Shown one piece after another: positions 50,722-63,006 of a stretch of DNA of 64,000 nucleotides. The DNA comes from Trichosphaerium sp. ATCC 40318 (lineage: Eukaryota > Protista > Tubulinea), in assembly GCA_038496445.1 (NCBI GenBank), contig JALMLS010000093.1, positions 496,001 through 560,000 on the forward strand, written 5' to 3'. The notes under the pieces were generated by a model. The model did not search any database, was not told the origin of the DNA, and worked only from the letters and a program-made list of their open reading frames with translations. The number at the start of each line of letters is the position of its first letter. Position 1 is the first letter of the stretch. A program made the position numbers and the translations under genes.

Positions 50722-52595
50722 TTGACAGCTCTCAGTCTTAACGAGCGTGCTCCTTAAAGATTTTACACGATTTGGAGAAAAGTTAGGATAACTAGATTCC
50801 TCGTCGCTATCTTCATAAGACTACAGAGTTCAGTTTGAAGTTGAGAAAATTGATCAGACAAGATGGATTTTTTTGGCAAACGTTACGACGTACAATCATT
50901 CTACTGGATTTACCAGCCCTTTTATGGGCGGTTGGAGGACAGTTCACGTTAAGACTGCGCATACAATCACCACTCTGATTATTTCCACTTAATATCTGTT
51001 AAAACAGCGCGGCTGTGTTAAAATAATCATCGTTACCTTACTGGCGTCGATAAAAGCGGTTTAGACCACGCAAAAACCTTCGAACCGTTACATCGCACTT
51101 TTTTTCAAGGAATAGACAACAATGAAGTGCTTCGTAAACCGCACTCTTTACGTACATTTGTGACAGTACTTTTTCTTTCTGTTACAACCGCCAGGTGTTG
51201 TGTATTACTCTGATGGTGTTGTACTAATGCTTGGGGTCGATTTTGCGCGTACTGTAGTATGTTTACACCATTTGCATCCATACGTTATTCAAAATAAGCT
51301 GTTCGCGCTCAAACTTACGTTTCTATAAGAGCCAGTGGTGGATACTGTTTTGAAGAAAAATGTACTGTGGCTTAAGCCAAGATACCACCAGACAGTACGT
51401 CAGGGTCATCTTACTAGATTGCAGGGTATAAATGCTTTTTGGCGATGAAATACGCTGATTTTGTTGGCTGACAGTGTTTTTTTTTCTTCTTTTTTTTCCT
51501 TCTTTTTGAAGATTTGTTTCAATATTTTACTCACCAACCAGCAATTACTTATGTTGGAGCATTTTGTTTCGATGATCTAGTTAGCGTTTGTGTAAATCAC
51601 AGGTATGATCTCTTCTTAGGAAGTACTAAAACATCTGAATTGTAACCAAAAATAAGCCAAACAAAAAAAGAAAAAAAGACTACAAGACTTTGTGAGTATA
51701 TCAGTACGTTTACCTTCCCTATCATAGTTTGATAATCTGCGTTTAGGATAAACAATGAGCCGGCTATGAATCACAGTGAGTATGTACCACAAAACTCCTC
51801 ATGTGTATGTTTTGAAGTACTCCGACAATCACATTGTCAAAGAGGAATGCAAAGCTGTTGTCACAACTGGTACGACGTAGTACGGACTCTTCTATCGAAC
51901 GTGGTCCATAATGGGGATTCAATCGAACAACACTTGGCGCTGTTGTGACCTAAAATAGTACGCAATATACATGTCATTTTGACCAGCAAAAAAAGTCTGA
52001 CAGTTTCTGTGAGAATGTATGCCAACAAATTTCTTTTTGCGGGTAATTCTTTACCCCGCTAATTACTTCAACAAGCAGCAAGCCCCCTATGCTAAATTAC
52101 GCCAAGTGCAGAAAGTAGTAACATGACATTTCCCAACGTACACTCCGTAAAACAAAAACTGCCGTGGACGCAGTTTCAGAAACTAAAAGTCTACGTGTAC
52201 GCCATATTCGGGAGTTCGTAACGCTACTCAGTCCTTTAGATTGTGTGGTTGTTATTTATAGACTAAAACGTGACTATAAGTGATTGTGGGAGAATTAGAA
52301 CATCGTTTTTACGTCACTGCCCAAATTAGTAGTTTCGTTCGTATTAGGTACTGTATTAGTCTGCTTTTAACTCTTGTTCGTTGGCAGTGGTTGCGTAATA
52401 ATTATAGGTTCACGTTACGGAGTTGCCGTTCGGTATTACAGCCCGAGATCAGGTCTCCGAAAATCTTTTTCAATCAATGCACCATACCTTTAAAAGAGCC
52501 ACACTACAGTTTCCTAGATAACACATACTACATATATAACCAATAATACCTCTTAAATAACAGACGAAACAACTATAAGACATTTAATAACAATA

Positions 52596-54176
52596 ATGAG
52601 TCGAAAAGGTACGTGTAGCGCTTTAGAACATCCCAAGGCACTTTTTATTACGTTTACGAAAAAACAACTCGGAACGCGTCAGATTGATTTACTTTCTTCG
52701 CTTTAGCGAGTTCAAATGATACATGGAGCTCTTATAAAGTAGGCAAGATGATAGGATCTGGCGCTACTGCCTGCGTATACTCAGGAAAACACAAAAACAC
52801 TAAGAAAAAATGCGCTTTAAAAATCATCCGTAAACAACACGTCAAAACAAGCGAACGTTTGATTCATAGAGAAATTTCCGTTCTGTCAAGTCTATCACAT
52901 CCCAATATTGCTACACTACAAGAGTGGTTCTGGAGGAACAGTACGTCTATACTTTTAAGCCATACAGCGCCACTATGGTGTTCAAATAGAACGATCTTTT
53001 GATGTGAAAATTATTTTGGCAAAAAGTTCGTTTATTGAATTCTGTAAGCTCTAACATTGTTTTTTTCTTTCTTTAGCTCAGATAGTGATTGTAATGGAAC
53101 GTGCTCAAGGGACTCTACTTGATCTTGTAAATAGTAATGTGAACTTGGATCAATTTAAAAAACAAATACAAACAATTGTTCGTCAGATATCTTCTGGTCT
53201 TGTATGTATACATCGCGCTGGATATGTTCATAGGGACATTAAACTAGGTACTATTATATGGCTGTTAGCTATTTTCTTTTTGATGAAATATTATTACGGA
53301 TCTTTTGCCTAAAAGAAAAAACGTGATGATTTTTTTTATTTTACATTTTTTTTCTTTTTTCTTGGATGTTTTTTCGTTTATAACGTGATTCTCACGTGAT
53401 ATTTTTATTTTAGCAAATATTCTCATATATAAGCGTGGTGTTGTAAAAATAAGTGATTTTGGTCTGGCTATTACAATAGAAGAAGCTAAGCACTCAAAAG
53501 TTGTTGTTGCTGGAACTGTTGAGGTACCTACACCTTTTTGTAAACTTAAGAAAACTTACACAAAAAAAAAAGTGGCGTTTCAAAACGCCACTTGTACTTC
53601 CGCTGAAACCACAATTTAAGTGTTCTTGAGTGACAACAGCATAACATATCGTCATGTTGCACTATCAGGACGTGCATTTATTGTTAAGCGAGCACTGAAC
53701 AAGATTGTGATTTCTTAACTTTTTTTTATAAAGTTCCCCGTTTTCCTTCTCTTTTCTCACTTTTTTCTTTCTAGTACATCCCTCCTGAATGTTTCAAAAG
53801 TGATAATCCAACGTATAATGAGAACTTTGATATATGGTCTCTTGGTATACTTACACTAAGACTTTTGATGAAAACAAAGCGTAGATCATCTATAAGAGAT
53901 AAAGCATTGCCTATAACAAAGGACGGTGGTATAGATTTTGATAGTTGCTATTTTGACGCTCAAGTGATGGATTTCCTACGTGGTTCGCTAAACATTGATC
54001 CTAATGGTAGATTTGATGCTATGGACTGTCTTAAACATCAGTGGCTAAGATTGAGTCCTTCTTGTGCTCATCAAAAGAAGAAAAAAACAAAACTTTCAAC
54101 AAATTTAAAAAAAACAAGGCGGAAGAGTAAAATCAATTTTGTAAAGCCTGTACTTAGGAGAACTTTTACGAGTTAG
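52596..54176 (+). CDS. Ser/Thr protein kinase (CAMK-like)
   Basis: IGSGATACV, ALK, HPNI, HRDIKLANIL, DFG, GTVEYIPPE, DIWSLG. Confidence 0.93.
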
Positions 54177-54449
54177 TACCTCCATTAAAAAAAAAAGAAA
54201 AGATCAAACCCAAAAAAAAAGTCTATTGTCGATTAATCACTTTATTGAGCTACAGGTAGAGCATTCAAGCGAACAGTTGGCAACTTAACAAAAAGGAAAA
54301 AATGGCTAGTGTCGTCCACTGTTTCGTTGATTTATGGCAAAAGAAGATGTAAAGTTTTAGTGCAATGCTCGTTTGATACGTAATAAATGCCTTAATATCT
54401 TCGCTTACATTTTCTGTTATAACACACTATAAATCACGTCACATATCTC

Positions 54450-55924
54450 ATGAACTTACAAGGAGTTTCCGTTGAGCATGCTATCGCATACTATCGTAAG
54501 AACCACAAAGAGAAATTCAAATCAATCAATGCAAATGAACATGAGAGTATCATAAAACAACTTGAAGATGTCGTAAACGCCACAAAAACAAGGTTTATGA
54601 AACAAATCGATGATCTTCTTTCCAAATACGCAGAAACTGATACAAGTACCAAAAACGAGCATGTTAGACATTATGAAGACCTTCAGGAGCCAAAAATGAA
54701 AAGAGCGAGAGTATGTTTCTACAAATAGGTGATCAACACTTTGTACTAATACTTAATCGATAGACAACACCACATGCAACACGTGACATTGTTGATTTTC
54801 CACCAGAGGTTATTGCAACTATCTTGAATCATACAGAAGCAAAATCAAGATTCAGTGTTGCTCAGACATGTCGTTTGATGGCTGATATCATCCATGACGT
54901 TGTTGGATATGAAAAAATTTTCATTAAACATATTCTAGATATTCTAAAGATTAGACAGTACAACGGCGTTATGAACAACACTTTAATAGCACTTAAAAAA
55001 ATAACAAAACCTACAGTGTTTTCTTTGTTGACTGGATGTCGCCATATCAGCACGGCATACAGTGGTTTTGAGATTGACGATGACGATCTGGAAGAGCTCA
55101 AAGGTGTCCATTGTATTGATCTGAATGGTTGTCAGAATATTACAGATAGAGGCATAACCGCATTGAAAGGTGTCCATACTATTGACCTATCTAGTACATC
55201 TGTTACAGATGAAGGTGTCAAAGCATTGAAAGGAGTACACACTATTGACCTTTCGTTCACTTCAGTAACAGATGATAGTGTCAAGGAGCTTCAAGGCGTC
55301 TATGATATCAATCTTTGTCATGCCACCTATGTCACAGATGAGAGTATAAAGATGTTAAAAGGCGTTCATGCAATCACCCTTGATGGCACAACAGTTACAG
55401 ACGAAAGTATCAAAGCACTTGCAGGTGTCCATACTATTCACCTTTCAGAGACCCTAGTGACAGATGAAGGTGTCAAAGCATTGAAAGGAGTACATACTAT
55501 TGACCTTAGTAGGACCTCAGTAACGGATGAAGGTGTTAAAGCACTTGCGGGAGTTCATGCTATTTACCTCACTAATACTGTAGTTACAGATGAAGGTGTC
55601 AAGGCACTAACAGGTGTTCACACTATCAACCTTGAACGTACATTAGTTACAGATGAAGGCATTGAAGCTCTTTCTGGCGTTCATACCCTTGGAATTGATT
55701 ACTGCAGATATGTAAAGGGCAAAACACTATTGGCACTGCAAGGTCTCAGTCAGATTGCATTCAAAGAAAGTTTTGTTCCAATTGATATCATCAACAAACT
55801 GGCTGATGTTACTTCTTTTCGATGTGATGCACATGACTTGCAGTACAACTATTGGTTGGGTATTGACAAACTGCAAATACAATACTTGAAACGGCACCAG
55901 TGTCACTTAATTATCCCGGCTTAA
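54450..55924 (+). CDS. F-box + LRR protein, intact paralog of 20181-22100
   Basis: Homologous first exon (MNLQGVSVEHAIAYYRKNH vs MNFFGVSLEQAIAYLRENH), intron at an equivalent position, F-box DFPPEVIATILNH..FSVAQTCR, GVHTIDLSxTSVTDEGVKAL repeats. Confidence 0.88.
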
Positions 55925-56008
55925 TAAAACATTTTGATGTTTTCTTTTATGTCCAGTGTAAGAATTTGTGTTTTGTATATGAATGGGTATTTTTATTTTT
56001 ATTCTATT

Positions 56009-58179
56009 TCAACTGTTGCATATTTCCTCCCATAGAGACTGTTTCTTTACTTTTGGCTTGTGCTTTAAACGTTCTTTTTCATCCAATTTTTTCATAACTT
56101 CAGGATACTGTTGTTTCATTTTTTTTGTAAAGTTGTTGTACAGCGCTTTGTTATCCTTACGCTCTAGGAATTTGCAAACAAAAGGTAGGTTCTGACTGCT
56201 AACAAAGTTTTGTGTTACTGCAATAGACTCTTCAAGGTTTAGAACAGAATGCCACCAACCACTTGGAATAAAAACAATATCACCTAAAACAGAGAAAAAA
56301 TTAGATGATTTTGAGCAACCCTCAAAGAGAACACTCGAAACAACCTGTTTAATAGCAAGAATATGTACATGTAATACTATAGAGTGTATAGGTGATGTTT
56401 TTTTATACGTACCTGGACGTTGAATACATTCAATAGGATTTCTTTTTCTTGCTTCAGAGTAGAAATCAACAAACCATTGAATTGCAGTTGTTGGCCTTTT
56501 GAGTGTCTTATTAGTTCCAGAAGTCTTTTATAAAACGGTAACGCTTTGTTTTACGTACAACAATACATCGTTTTCACCCATAGGAAATACACCTGGTGGT
56601 GGAGTCTCTGGTGGGAAGAAAATCCATTTTTTCTTACCACTTATCAAACAGTTCCAAGCACTTGTTCTATTCGGATCTTTATGGAACGTAGCCCCTATTA
56701 AAAGATGAATAACACATTACATCGTATATACAATGATTTTAAATGAAGAAAATTACATACCAGAACGCAGAGGACCTATAAGAATCCATCGAAAACTAGG
56801 CTTAAGAAAAATGTAAATACGTTGTTATATGAAAATCGTGATGATATTATATGACGTACACGGTGTGTTTTTCCGTCCTCTAGTACTTTAAAAAAGTCTT
56901 CACGAAAGTATTTAGGTATTTCATAATGAGTTAATAACTCAGGTGCTTTTTCACCGAACTTATTATCTAGGCTTTTGTAAGCGTCATCAATAACAAACAG
57001 GAAACAAAATTTTTTACAAAGTTCCTTTGAAGTGCTTCTCACCGAACAAATATACCGGCCGTTCCTCGTTTACTTGCGCTAAAGATTAAGTGAGTACTAT
57101 AAGAATGTTTCCTGGTTGGTCTCGAAGAGAGAATACGTACAGCAATAGCGGAAGTAATTTTTTAAAGTCAATGTTACATTATGATCTTTAAACTGATCTG
57201 TTTTGAATGTAACATCTCCATACTTTGATATCAAATATTCACGTGTCCATAATGAGCGTGCTTTCCAACTTATTTTATCATTAAAAACATAAAACATAAA
57301 TACAAATCCGTCACGTACTGTCCAGAAATATCAGAAAGAATTGCTGGTTTATTTAATTTATCATATTTCTCAACAAAATCATCAACTAGTTGATGCGTCA
57401 AACACACGTGATATAAGTTTAAACTGATGATGTATTTACCTGATATATCTTTTAATCTATCTATATTATCTACTAACGCATACTGAGAGATATCTATACT
57501 CCCACAATACCATGATTGATGTAAAACATCCGAATAAAAATCTGACACATTTATGAGCACAAATACTCCCATACAGAGATACGTACCTCTTATTTTTATA
57601 GGGACTATAGAGATATTATCTCTGGATAGACAATGACTCAAGAAGGTTTCTTTCCAAGTGCGCTGAAACACGAAATCTGAATTGTATTTCTACATTGAGT
57701 TAAAAACAGATTTTTCTCGCAAAACATGGCGTATTCTGAGACAATGTAAGACGTTATATACTGTTAACGTACTGCAAAGCATTTTAGCTTCCATATTGAT
57801 TCCTCCTAGGGTATAGTAAGACGATAAACATCCGTTAAAAGCCTGTTTTTCGTAATTTTATGATTTACCTGGCTGTAAATATACAGAATTGGGCTAACGC
57901 AGCATAATACGCATAAATCCTTCGGTTCAAGTGCGCTACGAGTGTTAAAAGAAAGATTGCGTATTTTTTGTTGTACGTAAGAACCGTGATGATCAAATCG
58001 TCTTCTAGAAGCTCAAGAGACCCCAATCCATAATGTCTCCGCCTGTTGCTTTTTGTTCTGTCAAAAAGAAGATTCGCAAGCGGTAGAACGCCAAATCGAT
58101 GCGCTGTGTGGCCTGTCTTCACTTTTTTAGCTGGAACGTCATTAATAATTGCGTCTGATTGTGGACGTTTTAAACTCAT
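56009..58179 (-). CDS. F-box + JmjC oxygenase (JMJD6-like)
   Basis: F-box-like LEDDLIITVL; YEIPKYFREDFF; GATFHKDPNRTSAWN (HxD); FIPSGWWHSVLNLEESIAVTQNF. Confidence 0.9.
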
Positions 58180-58366
58180 ATATGCTATAGGCTTAGCACG
58201 TATACTCGGTTACAAAAAACTCGAGAAACCAATTTACAGCGAAAATAAACGCAAGGTCAGATAGCGTCAATCTCCGAAAGGCAATTCTATCCTGCCATCT
58301 AGGCATAGCCACAGAGTCCATATAGCGTCCTTAGGACACTCAACAACATTTATAGACTGCGGAAAA

Positions 58367-59452
58367 ATGGTTGAGGTTAGACTCGTTGTTATGGGTTCTG
58401 GTGGTGTTGGTAAATCTGCTCTTACATTACGTGAGTAACAAATCTAAAAAAAACACAAAGACTAAAAAAACTCACCAAAACATCTAGAGTTTGTACAAGG
58501 GATATTCATAGAAAATTATGGTGCGTTTAGACCAACAGGAAGGCTTTTTACTTAATCACAAACAGATCCCACAATAGAGGACGCATACCGCAAAGTCTAT
58601 GAAATAGAGGGCGCACCTTACGTGTTAGAAATTTTGGACACAGCTGGAACCGTACGTGACCAGATGAGCTTCAAAGGTTCAAAATGTTGCTCAAACAGTA
58701 GTTACCATAACTGGTTGTATTTTTTGAGCAATGGGTTGGCCCAAAACAAGCTGTTAATGGCAGTATTTGCACCGCTAACTTGAGGTTTCATAAAAGGAAC
58801 AATTTGCACCTATGAGGGAATTGTATATGAAGAACGGTGACGGCTTTCTACTTGTTTATTCAATAGACAACAAACAGTCATTAATAGAACTCAACTCAAT
58901 ACGGTAAAGCCAAGAAAAAAAAAAAAGCAGCTAGCCTTTGTTTTATTTTACACCACGGTGTTTCCCTTTACTGATACTATTCTCTATAGAGATGCTATAT
59001 GTCGTGTTAAAGAAACAACAAGTGTAGCGATCATGATTGTTGGTAATAAGCTAGATTTGGCGGTATGATTTTTTTTTTTCTTTTTATTATTTTGGAGAAT
59101 ATCTTCGCTAAAAGGCGGTGTATAGGACTCACGTCAAGTTCCTAAAGCAGATGGTGAGCAATTGGTACGTAGTAGTGATAAACTAAGGATGTTTTGATCG
59201 GTTTTTTCCTATCCAGACTTTTTTACGTTTTGTTGTTTACGCTTTTGCTTGTAGGCTCAGAATTGGGGAGAATCTGTGTCGTTTTTAGAAACAAGCGCCA
59301 AGAAACTGATAAATGTTGAGACCATTTTTGTAGATTTAGTGAAAACCATTATACGCCTTAAAGGCGGTACAGTCGGAGGAGATAACCCTAACAGAGTTGG
59401 TGGTGCGAATAATGCACCAAGACGTAGACGCGGTTTATGTGCTGTGTTATGA
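58367..59452 (+). CDS. Rap1-like Ras-family GTPase
   Basis: [34 protein letters not shown] (Thr61 typical of Rap), GNKLDL, ETSAK, polybasic tail and CAVL*. Confidence 0.93.
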
Positions 59453-59715
59453 ACGTCTCATTTAAAAAAAATCAGGCGGACTTAGTAATGGTCCTTACCT
59501 GGCGTGAACGTAAATGTTCACGCGTTGTAAATATACACAGTACAAAGCCAGTGTTACATACACCCAAAGAAAAACTTTAGTTTGTCAGACTTGAATAAAA
59601 AAACCATCTCTTTGTATACGTTTATTTGATATTGTTGGTGTAGTTTCTGTCATTTCATTCGGTGTCAGAATTAAGGAGTGTTAAGTTTATGTTTTTTTCA
59701 GTTGTTGGTTGGATA

Positions 59716-61607
59716 ATGTTCTCCGGTCGCTTCGCGGCGCCTGTAGCGCGTAGAGGTAATAACGAACGCATAAACTTATTTAATTGAGCGTTTGGTAGTG
59801 GCTGGCATGCTTACGAACACCAGACAGGCGGTGAATTCACCATACGTCAGAAATAAGACAAGCAGTACTAGTTGGAGCTTTTTTAAAAACCTTGGTGACA
59901 AGTTTTACCCAATTGACTTGGAACCTCCGCCAAAGTTGCTATTTGTTGCTGGGGTACACACTGCGATGTATGCCATCTCGTATGTACCAACAACCCTTAT
60001 TACGTGCTTAAAACGCTTACTGACGCACTGAAAGGCTTCATTGTAATGTTTTTATGCCTTTCTTTCTACCAGAACATACAAAAGCGCCTGAGTTCTTCAA
60101 TCGCCATTTCAGGGTACTTCTACGTCATTTTATACGTTTATTACTCACAAGTGTCACCTAGTGCAATTTGGACAATATATCAGCGTGGCGTTTCCATACC
60201 ATTCTCACAGCACCTTTGAGCTGTACGCATACATATTTAACGCTTGGACTGACGGTTTAAAGGTAATGGGTATTTATCTGAAGTATTAGCATCTTCTGCA
60301 TTTGTAATTCTATTTGGGACTCCCATGGTAAAGACAATGGGTTTTACGTTGTTCGCTGGATACTATGTTGGAGGTATGTCATTTTCTTTGAGAAATTGGT
60401 GGTTTTTGTTAATCAATCGCAGCAATGGGCCTATCTAGTGTTGTAGACTTATTAATTAGTGGTGGACAGTATGGTAGGTTAGCTGATATTAGAGATATAG
60501 TCGAAGATGGACTAGAAGATGAAGACGAGAATACTGTACGAATTGTTTTGTTTATTCATTGTTTTTTTTTTGATGAAAAAACTTATCAAAGTTTTTAGGT
60601 TAACGCTGTAAATAAATTCTTATATGGTACTTCAATAGCATATAATTATATGACTATGAAATTACTAACATTGCTACAGACGAAAAGAAGAAATGGTATT
60701 TCGCTTGTGAAGTCGCTGAGGAATTCTTTTTTGTAGGAGAACAAGTCTTTTTTCATAATTTTTTTGACACATTTTTATATTGGAATTTGTTTGTTACATT
60801 TGTCTTACTCTTTGTTAAGATACCAGAAGAGCATTTAACGTGGAAGGAAAAAACTCTAGAATTGGATGATGAAGAGTTCATTTCCTTTGCAAGGCAAAGA
60901 TACGCTGAGAGGTATTGGCAGTATTTTCGATTGTTTTAAGCTGACATTTGTCTAAAAAAAGGAGCACAATACCAGGTGGCTATGGTGCTGTTACTATGTT
61001 GACTTTAATGAACTTTCCTCTACTAAGATGGCCGGGAACAAATAGGTTTGTGATACCTATGGCACTTTTACCACTGTGCTTTAGTTACATGGAAACACGT
61101 CACTATGAGTACGTCAGTCACCATTATTATTTTTTTTTTTTTCGTTTTTTTTGTAGTTCATTTTCTGGATGTTGTGGACCTTTTATTACGTGTACATTTC
61201 GTCTAGGCGAGTGCATGGCTTTCCCATTGTTTTTATTGTGGTTGATGTTCCTTTTCGCAAGTTCTTATAAGAGGTTTTTAGGTATAATCTAACTGAAATT
61301 TGTTTTACACATTTTGTGTGCTCGCTTGTTTTACCACTTGCATTTTGGGTAACTGGACCAACTAAATTAGCACTGTGGGGCACTAAACTCATAAAAGCGC
61401 AAAAAGCAGCAAAGGCAAGTATAGATACAGTACTCGCACAAACAAAAGAGAATTTTTTTTCTTGTTTGAAGTAAACAATCTCGATTTGTTTCAATCTTAT
61501 TTAAGTTTTAGGCAATAAAACATAAGCGTCAGTTACCAAAATGGATGGGTACAGACGCTAAGGGTGGAAAGTTATCTGTCAACCAAATAAAGAATAAAAA
61601 AAAATAA
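59716..61607 (+). CDS. Multi-pass membrane protein with basic N-terminal presequence, function unknown
   Basis: MFSGRFAAPVARR; many hydrophobic exons bounded by GT-AG introns; acidic loop EDGLEDEDE. Confidence 0.6.
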
Positions 61608-61909
61608 AAAAATAATTTTGATAAAAAAAATCTTCATTTGCATCTACGCGCCAAAAACAAGTTTACAAAAAGTCTGCAAGTGTATCTTTTTATCTAAAAA
61701 TTGAAAAAACTATAAGTCTATCGTATTTCTATTCAATCCTATTTAATCTACAAGCTTTACAATTAGTTTTACAATTTTACATTTCGATGTTTTTTCTTTT
61801 TGCGTTTGCTATCTTCTACGTTTGCAAAAAGTTATTTTGATCCTATGTTCGCATAGACATATGCGGTGTTAGTATTCTCAGCGTGAGCCAAAGGGTTTTT
61901 ATGATTGTT

Positions 61910-62116
61910 TCATCGAGAACTCTCATCACCAATGTATTCGTCTTTTTGTTCTGTCAAAGGGCACCATATATACGCATCAGCAAGTTTAAAACCAGTAGAG
62001 GCGATTTGGGGAGCGTTTTGAAATAACGAAGCTGGTCTGTGCATTTGAAGAGGTGAAACAGGCGGGGACGCGGTTGGACGTTGAGCAAAGATTGGGGAAG
62101 CGACAGAAGTTGCCAT
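61910..62116 (-). CDS. Small intronless S/P-rich protein (68 aa)
   Basis: GC-richer ORF with an A-rich start context, flanked by AT-rich UTR-like DNA. Confidence 0.5.
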   Translation of the reverse strand: MATSVASPIFAQRPTASPPVSPLQMHRPASLFQNAPQIASTGFKLADAYIWCPLTEQKDEYIGDESSR

Positions 62117-63006
62117 TTGGATTGAAATTTTGTTTGTTAAGTAAATAAAAAGTAACGGTTAAATGTACTGTTAAGTTGCTCGTTTACGCGTCGCTGCAAC
62201 TAACCGTAAACAGAAATTTGACAAATATCTCCGGTCTGTTTCATTATTTGTTGAGGATATAAACAAAGAAAAAAAGCATCACGTGATTATGCTGTTTGCG
62301 ATTAAAGTGCCAAACTCTAAAAAAATGCCTTGGGTATTTTTTGGATTTTTTTTACAAAAGCCCGACTCCCTTATCCATAGCCCCCGCGCGTGGATTCTTT
62401 GTTTGGGCAATACACCATTCCGTAGCTTCAACTGTAGCTTGATCACGTGGATATCCCTATGAGGTTAATATTTTGGCATTGAACATAGTGTAGAGTCTCA
62501 AACAAAAGATTCTGAAGGTCTCATGTACGTTTTTGCTTTTTTGATTTCGCTGCTAGTACACATTTTAGCGTAACGAAGTCTCTTCCTGAAAAAGTGAAGA
62601 AATGCATTTGTATCAATACAAGGGAGAAACTTATGTGCGGTTTTTTTTTTTGAATGCGACATGCCAGCTCATTGTTTCGCGGTTTCTTTGCATGGTGCAA
62701 ATATTGTGATACGAAACATGGCGAAAAAAATTTGTTTGGGTCAGATTAGTAAGCGACTATTTTTCTTATATCTACGCCGCTGTGCGGGCTTACAATAGGA
62801 CTTTTTTTTTCATACTACCTTTTTGGGCTTTAAGTTTTTGTTGCTTTTTAAAAGTACTTCTTTGTTGTTTCTAGTTATGTCTGGTAACATATTCAGCGCT
62901 GAAAACAGCGAAATTTACCCATTTAAGGAAGTAGTAATGTAGAATTTGATAAGCCAAAAAGCATAGAATAAACTGTATCCCAGCTTCGCAAAGCATCTCC
63001 TCTACA

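Noticed and set aside
59494-59525. U1-like CTTACCTGG followed by hairpin GCGTGAAC/GTTCACGC
   Set aside because: Lacks the ATAC 5' end and other U1 stems; lies in the Rap 3' UTR and is probably a local hairpin
61830-61912. Antizyme-like +1 frameshift or readthrough after the 68-aa ORF
   Set aside because: Context is CGA-TGA, downstream frames close within about 25 codons, and there is no antizyme similarity
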